From positions 1-32,000 of the forward strand of contig NZ_PQWO01000031.1 in the NCBI RefSeq assembly GCF_003231495.1: 32,000 nucleotides of DNA, given 5' to 3'. The first letter of the stretch is position 1, and each line of letters starts with the position of its first letter. This document shows, piece by piece, positions 9,184 through 17,576 of this stretch. The notes beneath the pieces were generated by a model. The model was not told the origin of the DNA. It did no database searches and saw nothing but the letters and a program-made list of their open reading frames with translations. This DNA comes from Acaryochloris thomasi RCC1774 (lineage in GTDB: Bacteria; Cyanobacteriota; Cyanobacteriia; Thermosynechococcales; Thermosynechococcaceae). Made by a program: the position numbers and the translations under genes.

Positions 9184-10245
9184 CTAGGAAGCAGTAACGG
9201 CATCTCCTTCATCCTTGGCAGTGGTGACCGGCTCCGGCTGGACGTCAACCACCGGCTTCAGCTTCTCTAGGACTTGCTCCTCTACGGTCTGAGCAACATC
9301 TGGATTCTCTTCTAAATATTTGATGGTATTCTCCCGGCCTTGACCAATATTTTCGCCGCTGTAGCTATACCATGCCCCTTTGCGAACGATGATGTCTTGC
9401 GCTTCAGCCATATCTACCAAACAGCCAATGGTAGATATGCCTTTACCAAACAAGATATCGAACTCTGCAATCCGAAAGGGGGGAGCGACTTTATTCTTAG
9501 CCACTTTCACCTTCGCTCGAATCCCATAGCCTTCGTTCCCTTTCTTAAGAGTCTGAATCCTACGAATATCGAGGCGTACTGAGGCATAAAACTTGAGGGC
9601 GTTGCCTCCTGTCGTGACCTCTGGGCTACCGTAAACAATTCCGATCTTCTGACGGAGCTGATTGAGGAAAATGACGGTGGTGCCAGATTTGCTGATGTTG
9701 CTGGTAATCTTACGGCAGGCTTGACTCATCAATCTGGCCTGCAATCCCATATGGGAGTCGCCCATCTCACCCTCAATCTCGGCCTTGGGGGTCAGCGCCG
9801 CTACAGAGTCAATGACGATTAAATCAATGGCGGAGGAACGCACGAGCTGATCGACGATCTCTAATGCCATTTCGCCAGAATCGGGTTGAGAGACAAGTAG
9901 ATTTTCGATATCTACACCCAGCGCTCCGGCATAAACCGGATCTAAGGCATGTTCAGCGTCCACGAAGGCTGCGACGCCCCCCTGTTTTTGAACTTCTGAG
10001 ATCGCATGAAGGGCCAAGGTTGTTTTACCAGAGCTTTCAGGGCCGTAGATTTCAATCACGCGACCTTTGGGCAGACCTCCTCCTAAGGCTATGTCTAGTG
10101 TTAATGCACCACTAGAAATCGTTTCCACTTCCATCCGAGCAGCGTCACCCAGGCGCATGATGGCACCTTTGCCAAAGGTGCGCTCAATATGATTTACAAC
10201 CGTTCCTAACGCTTTCTCTTTGTCTTTATCAGCAGTAGTAGCCAT
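9184..10245 (-). CDS. recA: Recombinase RecA
   Basis: 353 aa. Canonical RecA sequence including Walker [10 protein letters not shown], and the L1/L2 regions and [13 protein letters not shown]. Confidence 0.97.
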   Translation of the reverse strand: MATTADKDKEKALGTVVNHIERTFGKGAIMRLGDAARMEVETISSGALTLDIALGGGLPKGRVIEIYGPESSGKTTLALHAISEVQKQGGVAAFVDAEHALDPVYAGALGVDIENLLVSQPDSGEMALEIVDQLVRSSAIDLIVIDSVAALTPKAEIEGEMGDSHMGLQARLMSQACRKITSNISKSGTTVIFLNQLRQKIGIVYGSPEVTTGGNALKFYASVRLDIRRIQTLKKGNEGYGIRAKVKVAKNKVAPPFRIAEFDILFGKGISTIGCLVDMAEAQDIIVRKGAWYSYSGENIGQGRENTIKYLEENPDVAQTVEEQVLEKLKPVVDVQPEPVTTAKDEGDAVTAS

Positions 10246-10311
10246 TGTTCTCTCTCGTGATGGGTAGTGATGCGCCTGCGAAGATGCTGACTGGTGTTCT
10301 GTGGGTCTTTA

Positions 10312-10325
10312 TAGTACGCTTATAC
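10312..10325. promoter_or_regulatory. LexA-box-like imperfect palindrome upstream of recA
   Basis: TAGTACGCTTATAC lies 67-80 nt upstream of the recA start. It is one mismatch from the cyanobacterial LexA box RGTACNNNDGTWCB as I remember it. It overlaps -10-like TATAAG/TACTAT hexamers on the minus strand. Confidence 0.3.
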
Positions 10326-10384
10326 CATAGCAGGGTCAAGCACCATTTTTTGCCCCTTTCTTTGAGGCTAATGGCAACACTGAG

Positions 10385-10633
10385 ATGAATGCTCAGGTCA
10401 GACTGATTCACGTTTCAACCTTCCCAGACTGGATTGTTTGGGTCAGCTATTCTGATGCCGATGAATACCGCTGCTGGGTCAGAACACCGGAGGGCGCAGC
10501 GCTTCATGATGGAGAGCGATATGCTTCTGAAGAAGCGGCTCTGGAGGCCGGACAGATTTTCGTCTATTCTTCTCTAGAACCTGAGATTGCGGGGGAATGG
10601 CTAGGGCGTCAAAACTGGAGTGATGGTCTCTAA
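10385..10633 (+). CDS. Hypothetical small protein
   Basis: 82-aa ORF divergent from recA, with no motif recognised. Confidence 0.4.
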   Translation: MNAQVRLIHVSTFPDWIVWVSYSDADEYRCWVRTPEGAALHDGERYASEEAALEAGQIFVYSSLEPEIAGEWLGRQNWSDGL

Positions 10634-10810
10634 CCAGTCAAAGACAGAGGCGAGCTGCTCTAAGGAAATCAGACCGTATTGCCACAGGATGATGTGCAGA
10701 TGGCTCGACGGTTCAGGTTGCTGACGTAGGGCGAGGTTGATAGACTCACTGGGTATTGTCAATTCCTGTCTCAGATATTCGATTAGCTGGGTTTGAACAG
10801 AAGAAGACAT
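10601..10810 (-). CDS. DUF2949-like small cyanobacterial protein
   Basis: 69 aa. The pattern LIEYLRQELTIP...ILWQYGLISLEQLASVFDWLE matches my memory of the DUF2949 family. Confidence 0.55.
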   Translation of the reverse strand: MSSSVQTQLIEYLRQELTIPSESINLALRQQPEPSSHLHIILWQYGLISLEQLASVFDWLETITPVLTP

Positions 10811-10987
10811 GAGTCTGTGAGGAATTAAGAAGAACGTTGAAAGTAGATTAGCTCGGCCCTGGCTTTTTTCTTTCCTACCTAAAGATAGAATTAAAAGTTC
10901 TCTACTGATAGATATTCATCTAATTTCTGCAGATTTGCCGATCGTGTTAGAAATCTTTGCAGCTTTGTAAATTGGAGGCAGCTAGCG

Positions 10988-12859
10988 GTGATTGAACAAC
11001 GGTTCTCAAAAGAAGCAATCACCCAAGCCAAGACGATCTCAACCCAACACCAACCCGATCTCACCCGCCCCCAAGTCCAAGGCATCACTATCGACGGCCC
11101 CACCTCCCTCGATCTCGATGACGCCATCTGGTGCGAAGAAACCGACACGGGCGCAACAATCCAAGTCCACATCAGCGACGTATCCGATCGCATCCCCCTC
11201 AACTCCCCATTAGACCAAAGCGCGATCGCAACCACCCAAACCCGCTACTACCGGCAGGGCAACACCCCCATGCTGCCGCGAGTCCTCAGCGAAAATGCAC
11301 TAAGTCTTCAAGAGGGCCAACCCAGAGCCACCCTAACGTTCGAGCTAGAGCTAGCCAATGACGGCACAGTCAGCAACTGCAAAATCTTCGAGTCCTACCT
11401 AATCAGCGCCAAACGCTTCAGCTACGCCCAGGCCGACTACGCCATAGCAAGTCCTAAACTCAGATGGCACAGCACGCTGAAGCTATGCCAGGAGTGGACC
11501 GCCAAGCTAAACCAGCAGCGGATGGCAACAGGGGCTATTGGAGCATCAGCTTTCGGCAAAAACATATACATCAATGAAGAAGGAAATCTATCCGATAATC
11601 CCAATGCGAAATACCACAGCCATCGCGTCATAGAAGAGTTTATGATTGCGGCCAACACCGCTGCGGCCCAATGGCTAGCCGACCGTGATCAACCGGCCCT
11701 CTATCGTAACCACACCGCAAAAGCGATCGCACCGGGCCAGGACGAGATGCTGCAGGCGTTGCTGGTGCTGGGGTCGGCCACCGCGATACGACGGCGGTTG
11801 CAGAGCTGGATGAATCGAGCAGAGTATAGCCCCGCACTCATTGGTCATTTTGCGCTGAATCTTCCGGCCTATGGTCACTTCACCTCGCCAATACGCCGGG
11901 TGGCTGACCTGATCAATCATCGGATCATCAAGGCGTTGCTGCGCGGGGAAGAGTCGCCCTACACAAAGCAAGATCTTGAGGAACTGGGGCGTCATATCAA
12001 TGAGACGGTTCTAGAAGATGAGCGGAAAACCACCACTTACTACAAAGACAAGGCCAAGCAAGGGCTGCAGGAAAAGCTGGAGTCGGAAGAAAGCTTTACT
12101 GAGCTGCCGGAGAAAGAATTTAGCCGGTTAATCAAACATGCTGAGGGAGAGCTGCCGGTAGCCCTGGCGGAGGAAGTGCGATCGCGGTTGGAGCAGGATC
12201 GGCTTGTTGTTTTGGATTACTACCTGCTGCTTATACAAGGTTGCGATTTGGAGCTGCAGGAATTGGTGTTGAAGCATCTGGAAGGGAAGGTGCAGGATGC
12301 GGCCAGCGTGTTGTCTATGGCAGTTACTCAGGAAGAATCCTGGGAAGGGCTGGAGTATACAGAGTTAGCTCAGGAGGGACGCTTTCTGGCCTGGGCCGAA
12401 GTATACGTCGATGGGGAGCTGCGGACTTCCGTGGAGGCGGGTTGCGATCTGCGTAAGCAGGTGGCGCGGCATCGGGCTTGTTGGCTTTGGCTTTCTGCGT
12501 TCGAGAGTGGGGAGCTGGTGGGGGTGGATGCGCGGGTTGTGCTAGAGCTGCCGGTGGTTGTCGCTGTTGAGCCGGTGGTGGATTTGAAGGAGGGGAAGTT
12601 GCGATCGCTGTTAGAGAAGCCGCTTCTTGATGGGCAGAATCATGTGGGGCGGTTGATCGAGATCTGTCAGGCGATGGGGTGGGAGTTACCCACCTTTGAG
12701 TTTGAAGATAGAGACGATGGTTTCTACTGCCGGTGCATCTGTGGCGGGGTTGTGGGGGATGCGATCTCGGGGAAGAAGAAATTGAGTAAGCAGAGGGCGG
12801 CGATGGGAGTGTTGCAGAAACTCCCTTACGCAGATTCAAAAGCCACCGGCTCATCGTGA
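10988..12859 (+). CDS. RNB-domain 3'-5' exoribonuclease (RNase II/R superfamily) lacking N-terminal cold-shock domains, with C-terminal dsRBD-like modules
   Basis: 623 aa with a GTG start preceded by GGAGG. RNB motif I is ITIDGPTSLDLDDAI at residues ~33-47. The RNB signature is HFALNLPAYGHFTSPIRRVADLINHR. The C-terminal end LIEICQAMGWELPTFEF...GKKKLSKQRAAMGVLQKL fits the dsRNA-binding motif pattern. Confidence 0.8.
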   Translation: MIEQRFSKEAITQAKTISTQHQPDLTRPQVQGITIDGPTSLDLDDAIWCEETDTGATIQVHISDVSDRIPLNSPLDQSAIATTQTRYYRQGNTPMLPRVLSENALSLQEGQPRATLTFELELANDGTVSNCKIFESYLISAKRFSYAQADYAIASPKLRWHSTLKLCQEWTAKLNQQRMATGAIGASAFGKNIYINEEGNLSDNPNAKYHSHRVIEEFMIAANTAAAQWLADRDQPALYRNHTAKAIAPGQDEMLQALLVLGSATAIRRRLQSWMNRAEYSPALIGHFALNLPAYGHFTSPIRRVADLINHRIIKALLRGEESPYTKQDLEELGRHINETVLEDERKTTTYYKDKAKQGLQEKLESEESFTELPEKEFSRLIKHAEGELPVALAEEVRSRLEQDRLVVLDYYLLLIQGCDLELQELVLKHLEGKVQDAASVLSMAVTQEESWEGLEYTELAQEGRFLAWAEVYVDGELRTSVEAGCDLRKQVARHRACWLWLSAFESGELVGVDARVVLELPVVVAVEPVVDLKEGKLRSLLEKPLLDGQNHVGRLIEICQAMGWELPTFEFEDRDDGFYCRCICGGVVGDAISGKKKLSKQRAAMGVLQKLPYADSKATGSS

Positions 12860-13047
12860 GGCTCCTGCTGACGGGCCAGCCATAGATCGTAGTTAGCCTG
12901 CATCTGCAGCCAGCTCTCAGGTGACCCGCCAAATACCTTAGACAGTCAAATCGCCAGATATGGCGTCACCGAGCTTTGACCGGAGACCACACGAGCAAAC
13001 GTTGAGTGAGCCACATTGAGCTTAGTTGCAACACAACCATTACGCTT
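12826..13047 (-). pseudogene. HigA-family (XRE HTH) antitoxin remnant, 5'-truncated and carrying an in-frame TGA
   Basis: My own translation is KRNGCVATKLNVAHSTFARVVSGQSSVTPYLAI*LSKVFGGSPESWLQMQANYDLWLARQQEPHDEPVAFESA*. The HTH and the FGxSPExWLxxQxxYDLW tail are hallmarks of HigA antidotes. The TGA at 12946-12948 sits where the family has Arg (CGA). There is no start codon. An in-frame TAG lies at 13048-13050, just after the CHAT gene stop. Confidence 0.55.
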
Positions 13048-13057
13048 CTAGGCTAGA

Positions 13058-15733
13058 TTACAGCCAGTTACCAATCAAAATAAAAGCAGCCCAAAAGCAG
13101 GGATGCCTATACCCTTTACCGGATTTAATCAGACTCAATTGTGCGGCCTGCAGGGCTTGAGCTTTGCTGAATTGAGGGTTGTTTAGGGCTTGATAAAACT
13201 GCTCTGAAAATTCAGCCGTGGCTTGGTCGTCAATAAACCAAAGGGAGGCGAGAGTACTTCTAGCTCCAGCTTGAATAGCACTCCCCGCTAGCCCCAAAGC
13301 CGCTCGATTATCGCCCACCGCAGTTTGACAAGCGGAAAGCATAAGCAGATCAATGGCCCTTTGGGGGCTGTTTACCTCCCGGAGCAGTTGTTCAAAATCA
13401 CTTAATGTCAGCTTGCTATTGTTACCCAATACCAAGAAGGTATTTTCAGGCTCAGGGCTGAATCGGGCGTGGGTTGCAATATGAATGATGGGGTAGTTTC
13501 TCCGACTCAACTCTATATAGAGGCGCTCACGAGTAAACGCATCATTAATCAACTTCTTACTTCTCGGAAACTGCGCTTCAATGCGCTCGACTTCTGAGGC
13601 CACAAAATGCAGCGCTGGGAAATATTGATTATCCACTTGGGCCGCCTCAGTTAAGCCTAAAATCATTGCCTTTAGAGAAGAATGTTTCAGAGGTTGTGGA
13701 TCGATGAGGTGTAAAGAGGGAGTTGTAGCAATGGCAAAGCGCTCAATCAAAAACTGCTGGCCATCGAACAAAGCCGCCATGGGAACCGTTCGGAACAGGC
13801 CATCTTGAACAAAGACGAGGGTGTTAACCTGAGCTTCGGTCAATGCGGTCTCAAAGGGCTGAATCAGCCATTGATATAGCTGTTCTGCAGACTGACGATT
13901 GGTGTAGGGTCCTAGGTTGCGTTCAAGGCCAACTCGGTAGTCATTAATTGTATTTTGTAAAGTTGATTTAGATTCTTGAATCCAGGCCAGTTGCCGCTGG
14001 CCGTTGGGCAGGGTCAAAATAACAGCGCTGCGCTGCGGCAAGATAATGGTGCTGAGGGTTGCAGTTCCTGCAGGACCGACCTGCTCGACGGGGGTAGCCG
14101 GTAAGGCGGTGAGTGCACAATCATTGCCAAAGTAATTTTGCAATTCCGCTAGCTTGAGGGAGTCCAGGGTGTTGAGAGCCTTTGTCAGTTGCTGGGTCTG
14201 GGCTGGGGCGGGAATGGATTCTGCCCCATTTTGCTGTAGATAAAGGGTCACCAATTCTCGATAAAGGGGTTCGATATTGTCACGAAAGTCAAACTGCAGG
14301 TCGCGATTGGCATTTAATATGTCTCTACGAATTTTCCCTAAGGTTGAGACGGCTCGTTGGTAGAATTTGATGGACTCTTCTGTTTGTCCATGGGCATTTA
14401 GAATCCGTCCTGTTTGCCATTCCCAAAGATAAAGACTGTCATTGCTGTCCAAATCGGCTGCGATCCAGCGAGCCTTTTGCGTGATTCTCAGGGCTTGCCG
14501 ATGGTCCTGGCGACATTCGTACCAGTGGCCCAGTTCGCCCAATGCAAAAGATTTAGAGCGGCGATCGCCCACTTGCTCAGCTGTTTTTAGAGCCTGTTTG
14601 AGCAGACTTCGAGCTTGGGAAGCCGTCTCTTGGGGATAACACTGTGGCCCTTCAGAGGATAGGGCTGGGTCCACAACTGAGCGATAAAGATGGGCCAAAT
14701 CAATTGCGGCAAAAACGGCTTCTTGGCTGACAGGTAAGCGAGGAATGAGGTTGAGAGCCTTCTTTTTGGCGGGTTCTACTTTTGGGTGAAATGCATCTTT
14801 GCGCCTGTAAATCGGGATTATTCTCAGCAGGGTCTGAACACTCGTGAGGGGCTTATCCTGCTGTTGAGAAAGGGACAAGCTTTGTTTGAAATAGCTTAGG
14901 GCTTGAGTTTCATTGTCCTGAGCTTTTTGGTGCAGTGCCGTCACCTTCCGAATGTTACCCTCTTGTCGTGAGCTGAGGGGAGAGGTTTGGTTAAGACGGC
15001 TTGCTGTCACACTTTGATTCTCAGAGCGGGCCTGACGGTAGTCAACTTCAGCTTGTGCGAGATAGGCATTTGCCAAACTGCTGAGCATCACTGTTTGGTA
15101 GTTCGGCAGCTTCGATGCCAGGGCTAATCCCTCCTCTAGGGAATCAATGGCCTGTTGATGATCTCCACGAGCAAGATACGCATTACCGATGCTGCCTAAG
15201 GCTGCCGCTTCACCCGCTGAATCTTTAGCGTGACGTGCAATATCGATGGCGCTGCCAGCCTGACAGTCTGGGGTAGGGTTACAGAGCACAGCAATGGCGC
15301 GTCGATGCTGTCCTAATTGGCTATAGGCTTGGGCCTGTTCTGTCAGTATACGTCCGACTTTTTGTGTGTTGCCGAGCTGACGTTGCAGGAGAATCACCTG
15401 CTGCCAGTGTTGTAAGACTTGAGCCGTTTGCCCCAGGTGACGATGGGCACGGGCCAGGTTTTCAAGCACGATGGCATTGTTTGCCAGGTCCCGTTGGGTT
15501 TGATAAAAGGGCAAAGCAGCTTGCCAACGTTCGATGGCTCCTTGATAATCTCGACTCTGGTAGAGATCGTATCCTTGCTGCACAAGCTGGCCGGCATTGT
15601 TGTTGGCCGTGTTCGTAGATCGTTGCTGAGTCGGCGCCCCCTGTCCCCCATGCGCCCAAAGCAGACTGAGGATCAAACTGGTGAGAAAGAGAACCTTCAG
15701 CAGAGGACGCGTACAGATTTTGCTTATCATCAT
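13058..15733 (-). CDS. Exported TPR-repeat CHAT-domain (caspase-like) protease
   Basis: 891 aa. The N-terminal signal peptide is MMISKICTRPLLKVLFLTSLILSLLWAHG. It contains multiple TPR-like units. The C-terminal CHAT domain has a candidate His/Cys dyad: IIHIATHARF (H755, codon 13469-13471) and LSACQTA (C802, codon 13328-13330). The family-typical end is HPCFWAAFILIGNWL. Confidence 0.85.
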   Translation of the reverse strand: MMISKICTRPLLKVLFLTSLILSLLWAHGGQGAPTQQRSTNTANNNAGQLVQQGYDLYQSRDYQGAIERWQAALPFYQTQRDLANNAIVLENLARAHRHLGQTAQVLQHWQQVILLQRQLGNTQKVGRILTEQAQAYSQLGQHRRAIAVLCNPTPDCQAGSAIDIARHAKDSAGEAAALGSIGNAYLARGDHQQAIDSLEEGLALASKLPNYQTVMLSSLANAYLAQAEVDYRQARSENQSVTASRLNQTSPLSSRQEGNIRKVTALHQKAQDNETQALSYFKQSLSLSQQQDKPLTSVQTLLRIIPIYRRKDAFHPKVEPAKKKALNLIPRLPVSQEAVFAAIDLAHLYRSVVDPALSSEGPQCYPQETASQARSLLKQALKTAEQVGDRRSKSFALGELGHWYECRQDHRQALRITQKARWIAADLDSNDSLYLWEWQTGRILNAHGQTEESIKFYQRAVSTLGKIRRDILNANRDLQFDFRDNIEPLYRELVTLYLQQNGAESIPAPAQTQQLTKALNTLDSLKLAELQNYFGNDCALTALPATPVEQVGPAGTATLSTIILPQRSAVILTLPNGQRQLAWIQESKSTLQNTINDYRVGLERNLGPYTNRQSAEQLYQWLIQPFETALTEAQVNTLVFVQDGLFRTVPMAALFDGQQFLIERFAIATTPSLHLIDPQPLKHSSLKAMILGLTEAAQVDNQYFPALHFVASEVERIEAQFPRSKKLINDAFTRERLYIELSRRNYPIIHIATHARFSPEPENTFLVLGNNSKLTLSDFEQLLREVNSPQRAIDLLMLSACQTAVGDNRAALGLAGSAIQAGARSTLASLWFIDDQATAEFSEQFYQALNNPQFSKAQALQAAQLSLIKSGKGYRHPCFWAAFILIGNWL

Positions 15734-15739
15734 GAACCT

Positions 15740-17479
15740 CTACAGGGGCTGATATTGCAAAGAGAAGTAGAAGCCTTGCTCCTGGAGGGAGTTACCCCGA
15801 TCATCAAGGTCCACTATGGGCAAGCCGTAGTCGAAACGTAGGCTCAGATCTGGGATTGGCTGCCAGCGGAGTCCGACACCGATGCCCACTAACGCAGATG
15901 GAGAGGGATCGGCACCAAAGTTGTTCCAACCTTTCCCGGCGTCAATGAAGGGCGATAGCTGCAAAACATTGGGGTTCGACGTCAGCGGAAACTGGCATTC
16001 CACCGTACCGAGGATGCCGTTATCGGTGAGGAGTTGATTGGAAGCGTAGCCCCGCACGGAACTAATTCCACCAATGCCAAACCGTTCTTGATTGAGCAGG
16101 GAATCGGGCGTCAGTTGGGTGCTGAGGCGACTGATGAGTAAAGCCCTTAAGGGTAACCGCTGCACATATTGAGCTTGTCCGACCCAGGAGAAGAAATTTG
16201 CGGATGGCCCCTCTACATTGACAGTGGCGTCGAAGACATCCACGCCCAAGTTGAATTGGGAACGAAGGGCAACAACGTTTCGGGGTTGCCGCTGAGTCCA
16301 TTCCTGTGAGAAGCGCAGCACTCGTGTTTTAGCGATTCCATCCGCATCAGGGCCTTGTGAAAATGGGAAAGGTTGATCTGCTAAAAAACTCTGATTCTGT
16401 TGCAGGTCAAAGGAGAGCCCCAGCGCAATCTCGGTGTTAGGAGTTTTGACAACCGGTTGTCGTAGCTCAAGGGACAGGCTTTCAAAGTCATTGCTGATAT
16501 CTAGAGGTCTGAGTTCAGAGGCAACAATTTCACTCGCGGCGTTACTGTATCTGACACCAATCGTACCGTCTCGGGCATTGATGGGCACAGTGTAGCCAAG
16601 GTCGTAAAGATTAAGTCCAGCGGTGATTGAAGTAGCGGCGGTGATGCGATCGCCCAATCCTAAGAAATTATCGTGAGCAAGATTGAGGCTACCTTGAATA
16701 GAGCCAATGGCTGGGCTGCGATAGTTATCGATACTGGCCCCCACATGGAATTCTCGGGCTTGTTCGACATTAACCAGTAAGGTGTTTAGACCGGGTGAAC
16801 TGCCGACGGTTAGTTCAGCATTCACACGCTTCAGGAGAGGATTTAGCTGCAGGAGCTGTAGTTTTTTCTCCAGCTCAGCTTGGTTTAAGGGGACTTTCGC
16901 GGCTGGGGAAATGCGGCGGCGAACATACTTTTTTCGCAGACGTTTGAGACCGATAATCTGAATTTCTTCGAGTTGTCCTTCAACAACTTGAATTTGAATG
17001 ATGCCATCACTGAGGTTTTGGTTGCTGGGAAGGAAGGCTCCGGAGGTAATGTAGCCGTTGTCGTTATAGAGTTTAGCGATCCGAGTGCGGAGGTCTAGGA
17101 GTTGTTCTAGGGTAACCGTTTGATTCTCCAGGGCTTGGACTTCAGCTTCAATTTCTTCTTGAAGTACCGTTGCACCAAGCACTTCGATGGTCTCAACAAA
17201 GAAGCTTGCTTCAGGTACCTCTGGTGATGAGGACTCTATTGGGGATGAAGGGGATATTGATTTAGGTAGGATCGGGGTGGTGGGTTTTGGAGCTGTGGGC
17301 AAGTCAATGGGGTTTGGGTCAATAGGTCTAACGGGGGGCAGGCTTTCTAGACTATTGGGTAGCGGGTTTGTTTGGCTCCAGACTGGGGCCAGCACGGGCG
17401 TTAAGGTCAAAAGGCTGGCTGTGAACAACAGGCTGCTCAAGCCAAGCTTTCGTGTTTTTTGGGTTGCTGAGCAGGGCAT
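15740..17479 (-). CDS. ShlB/FhaC/HecB-family two-partner-secretion outer-membrane transporter (TpsB, POTRA plus beta-barrel)
   Basis: 579 aa. It has a signal peptide, a Pro-rich linker, a POTRA-like region (IEVLGATVL...LLDLRTRIAKLYNDNGYITSGAFLP) and a beta-barrel ending FYFSLQYQPL. It starts 97 bp downstream of the TpsA gene, and its stop lies 6 bp upstream of the CHAT gene start. Confidence 0.85.
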   Translation of the reverse strand: MPCSATQKTRKLGLSSLLFTASLLTLTPVLAPVWSQTNPLPNSLESLPPVRPIDPNPIDLPTAPKPTTPILPKSISPSSPIESSSPEVPEASFFVETIEVLGATVLQEEIEAEVQALENQTVTLEQLLDLRTRIAKLYNDNGYITSGAFLPSNQNLSDGIIQIQVVEGQLEEIQIIGLKRLRKKYVRRRISPAAKVPLNQAELEKKLQLLQLNPLLKRVNAELTVGSSPGLNTLLVNVEQAREFHVGASIDNYRSPAIGSIQGSLNLAHDNFLGLGDRITAATSITAGLNLYDLGYTVPINARDGTIGVRYSNAASEIVASELRPLDISNDFESLSLELRQPVVKTPNTEIALGLSFDLQQNQSFLADQPFPFSQGPDADGIAKTRVLRFSQEWTQRQPRNVVALRSQFNLGVDVFDATVNVEGPSANFFSWVGQAQYVQRLPLRALLISRLSTQLTPDSLLNQERFGIGGISSVRGYASNQLLTDNGILGTVECQFPLTSNPNVLQLSPFIDAGKGWNNFGADPSPSALVGIGVGLRWQPIPDLSLRFDYGLPIVDLDDRGNSLQEQGFYFSLQYQPL

Positions 17480-17576
17480 AGAAGACTTCAGTTGGCTTGC
17501 TGCTAGGGAGTTTGTGGATTAATGAGAGACGTTTACCTGGGGGTCAGAATGAGGGGCCTCAGACTGATGAACAACA

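Noticed and set aside
10927-10962. Imperfect inverted repeat CTGCAGATTT...AAATCTTTGCAG in the RNB gene 5' UTR
   Set aside because: It needs a 2-nt bulge and a 14-nt loop. The predicted stability is weak and there is no supporting context, so it is not reported as a feature.
10891-11361. Several 70-115-aa ORFs overlapping the 5' part of the RNB gene on both strands
   Set aside because: These are alternative frames of a gene with unambiguous RNB motifs. They have low-complexity Pro/Ser/Arg content.
12324-12932. 202-aa Pro/Ala/Ser-rich ORF on the minus strand
   Set aside because: It is entirely antisense to the GC-rich 3' part of the RNB gene. It is low-complexity with no motif and no RBS. It is a typical spurious open frame. 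The real minus-strand signal here is the higA remnant, which lies in a different frame.
15364-15841. Cluster of 65-140-aa ORFs around the CHAT/TpsB junction
   Set aside because: All of them overlap the 5' end of the CHAT gene or the 3' end of the TpsB gene in other frames or on the other strand. None has independent support.
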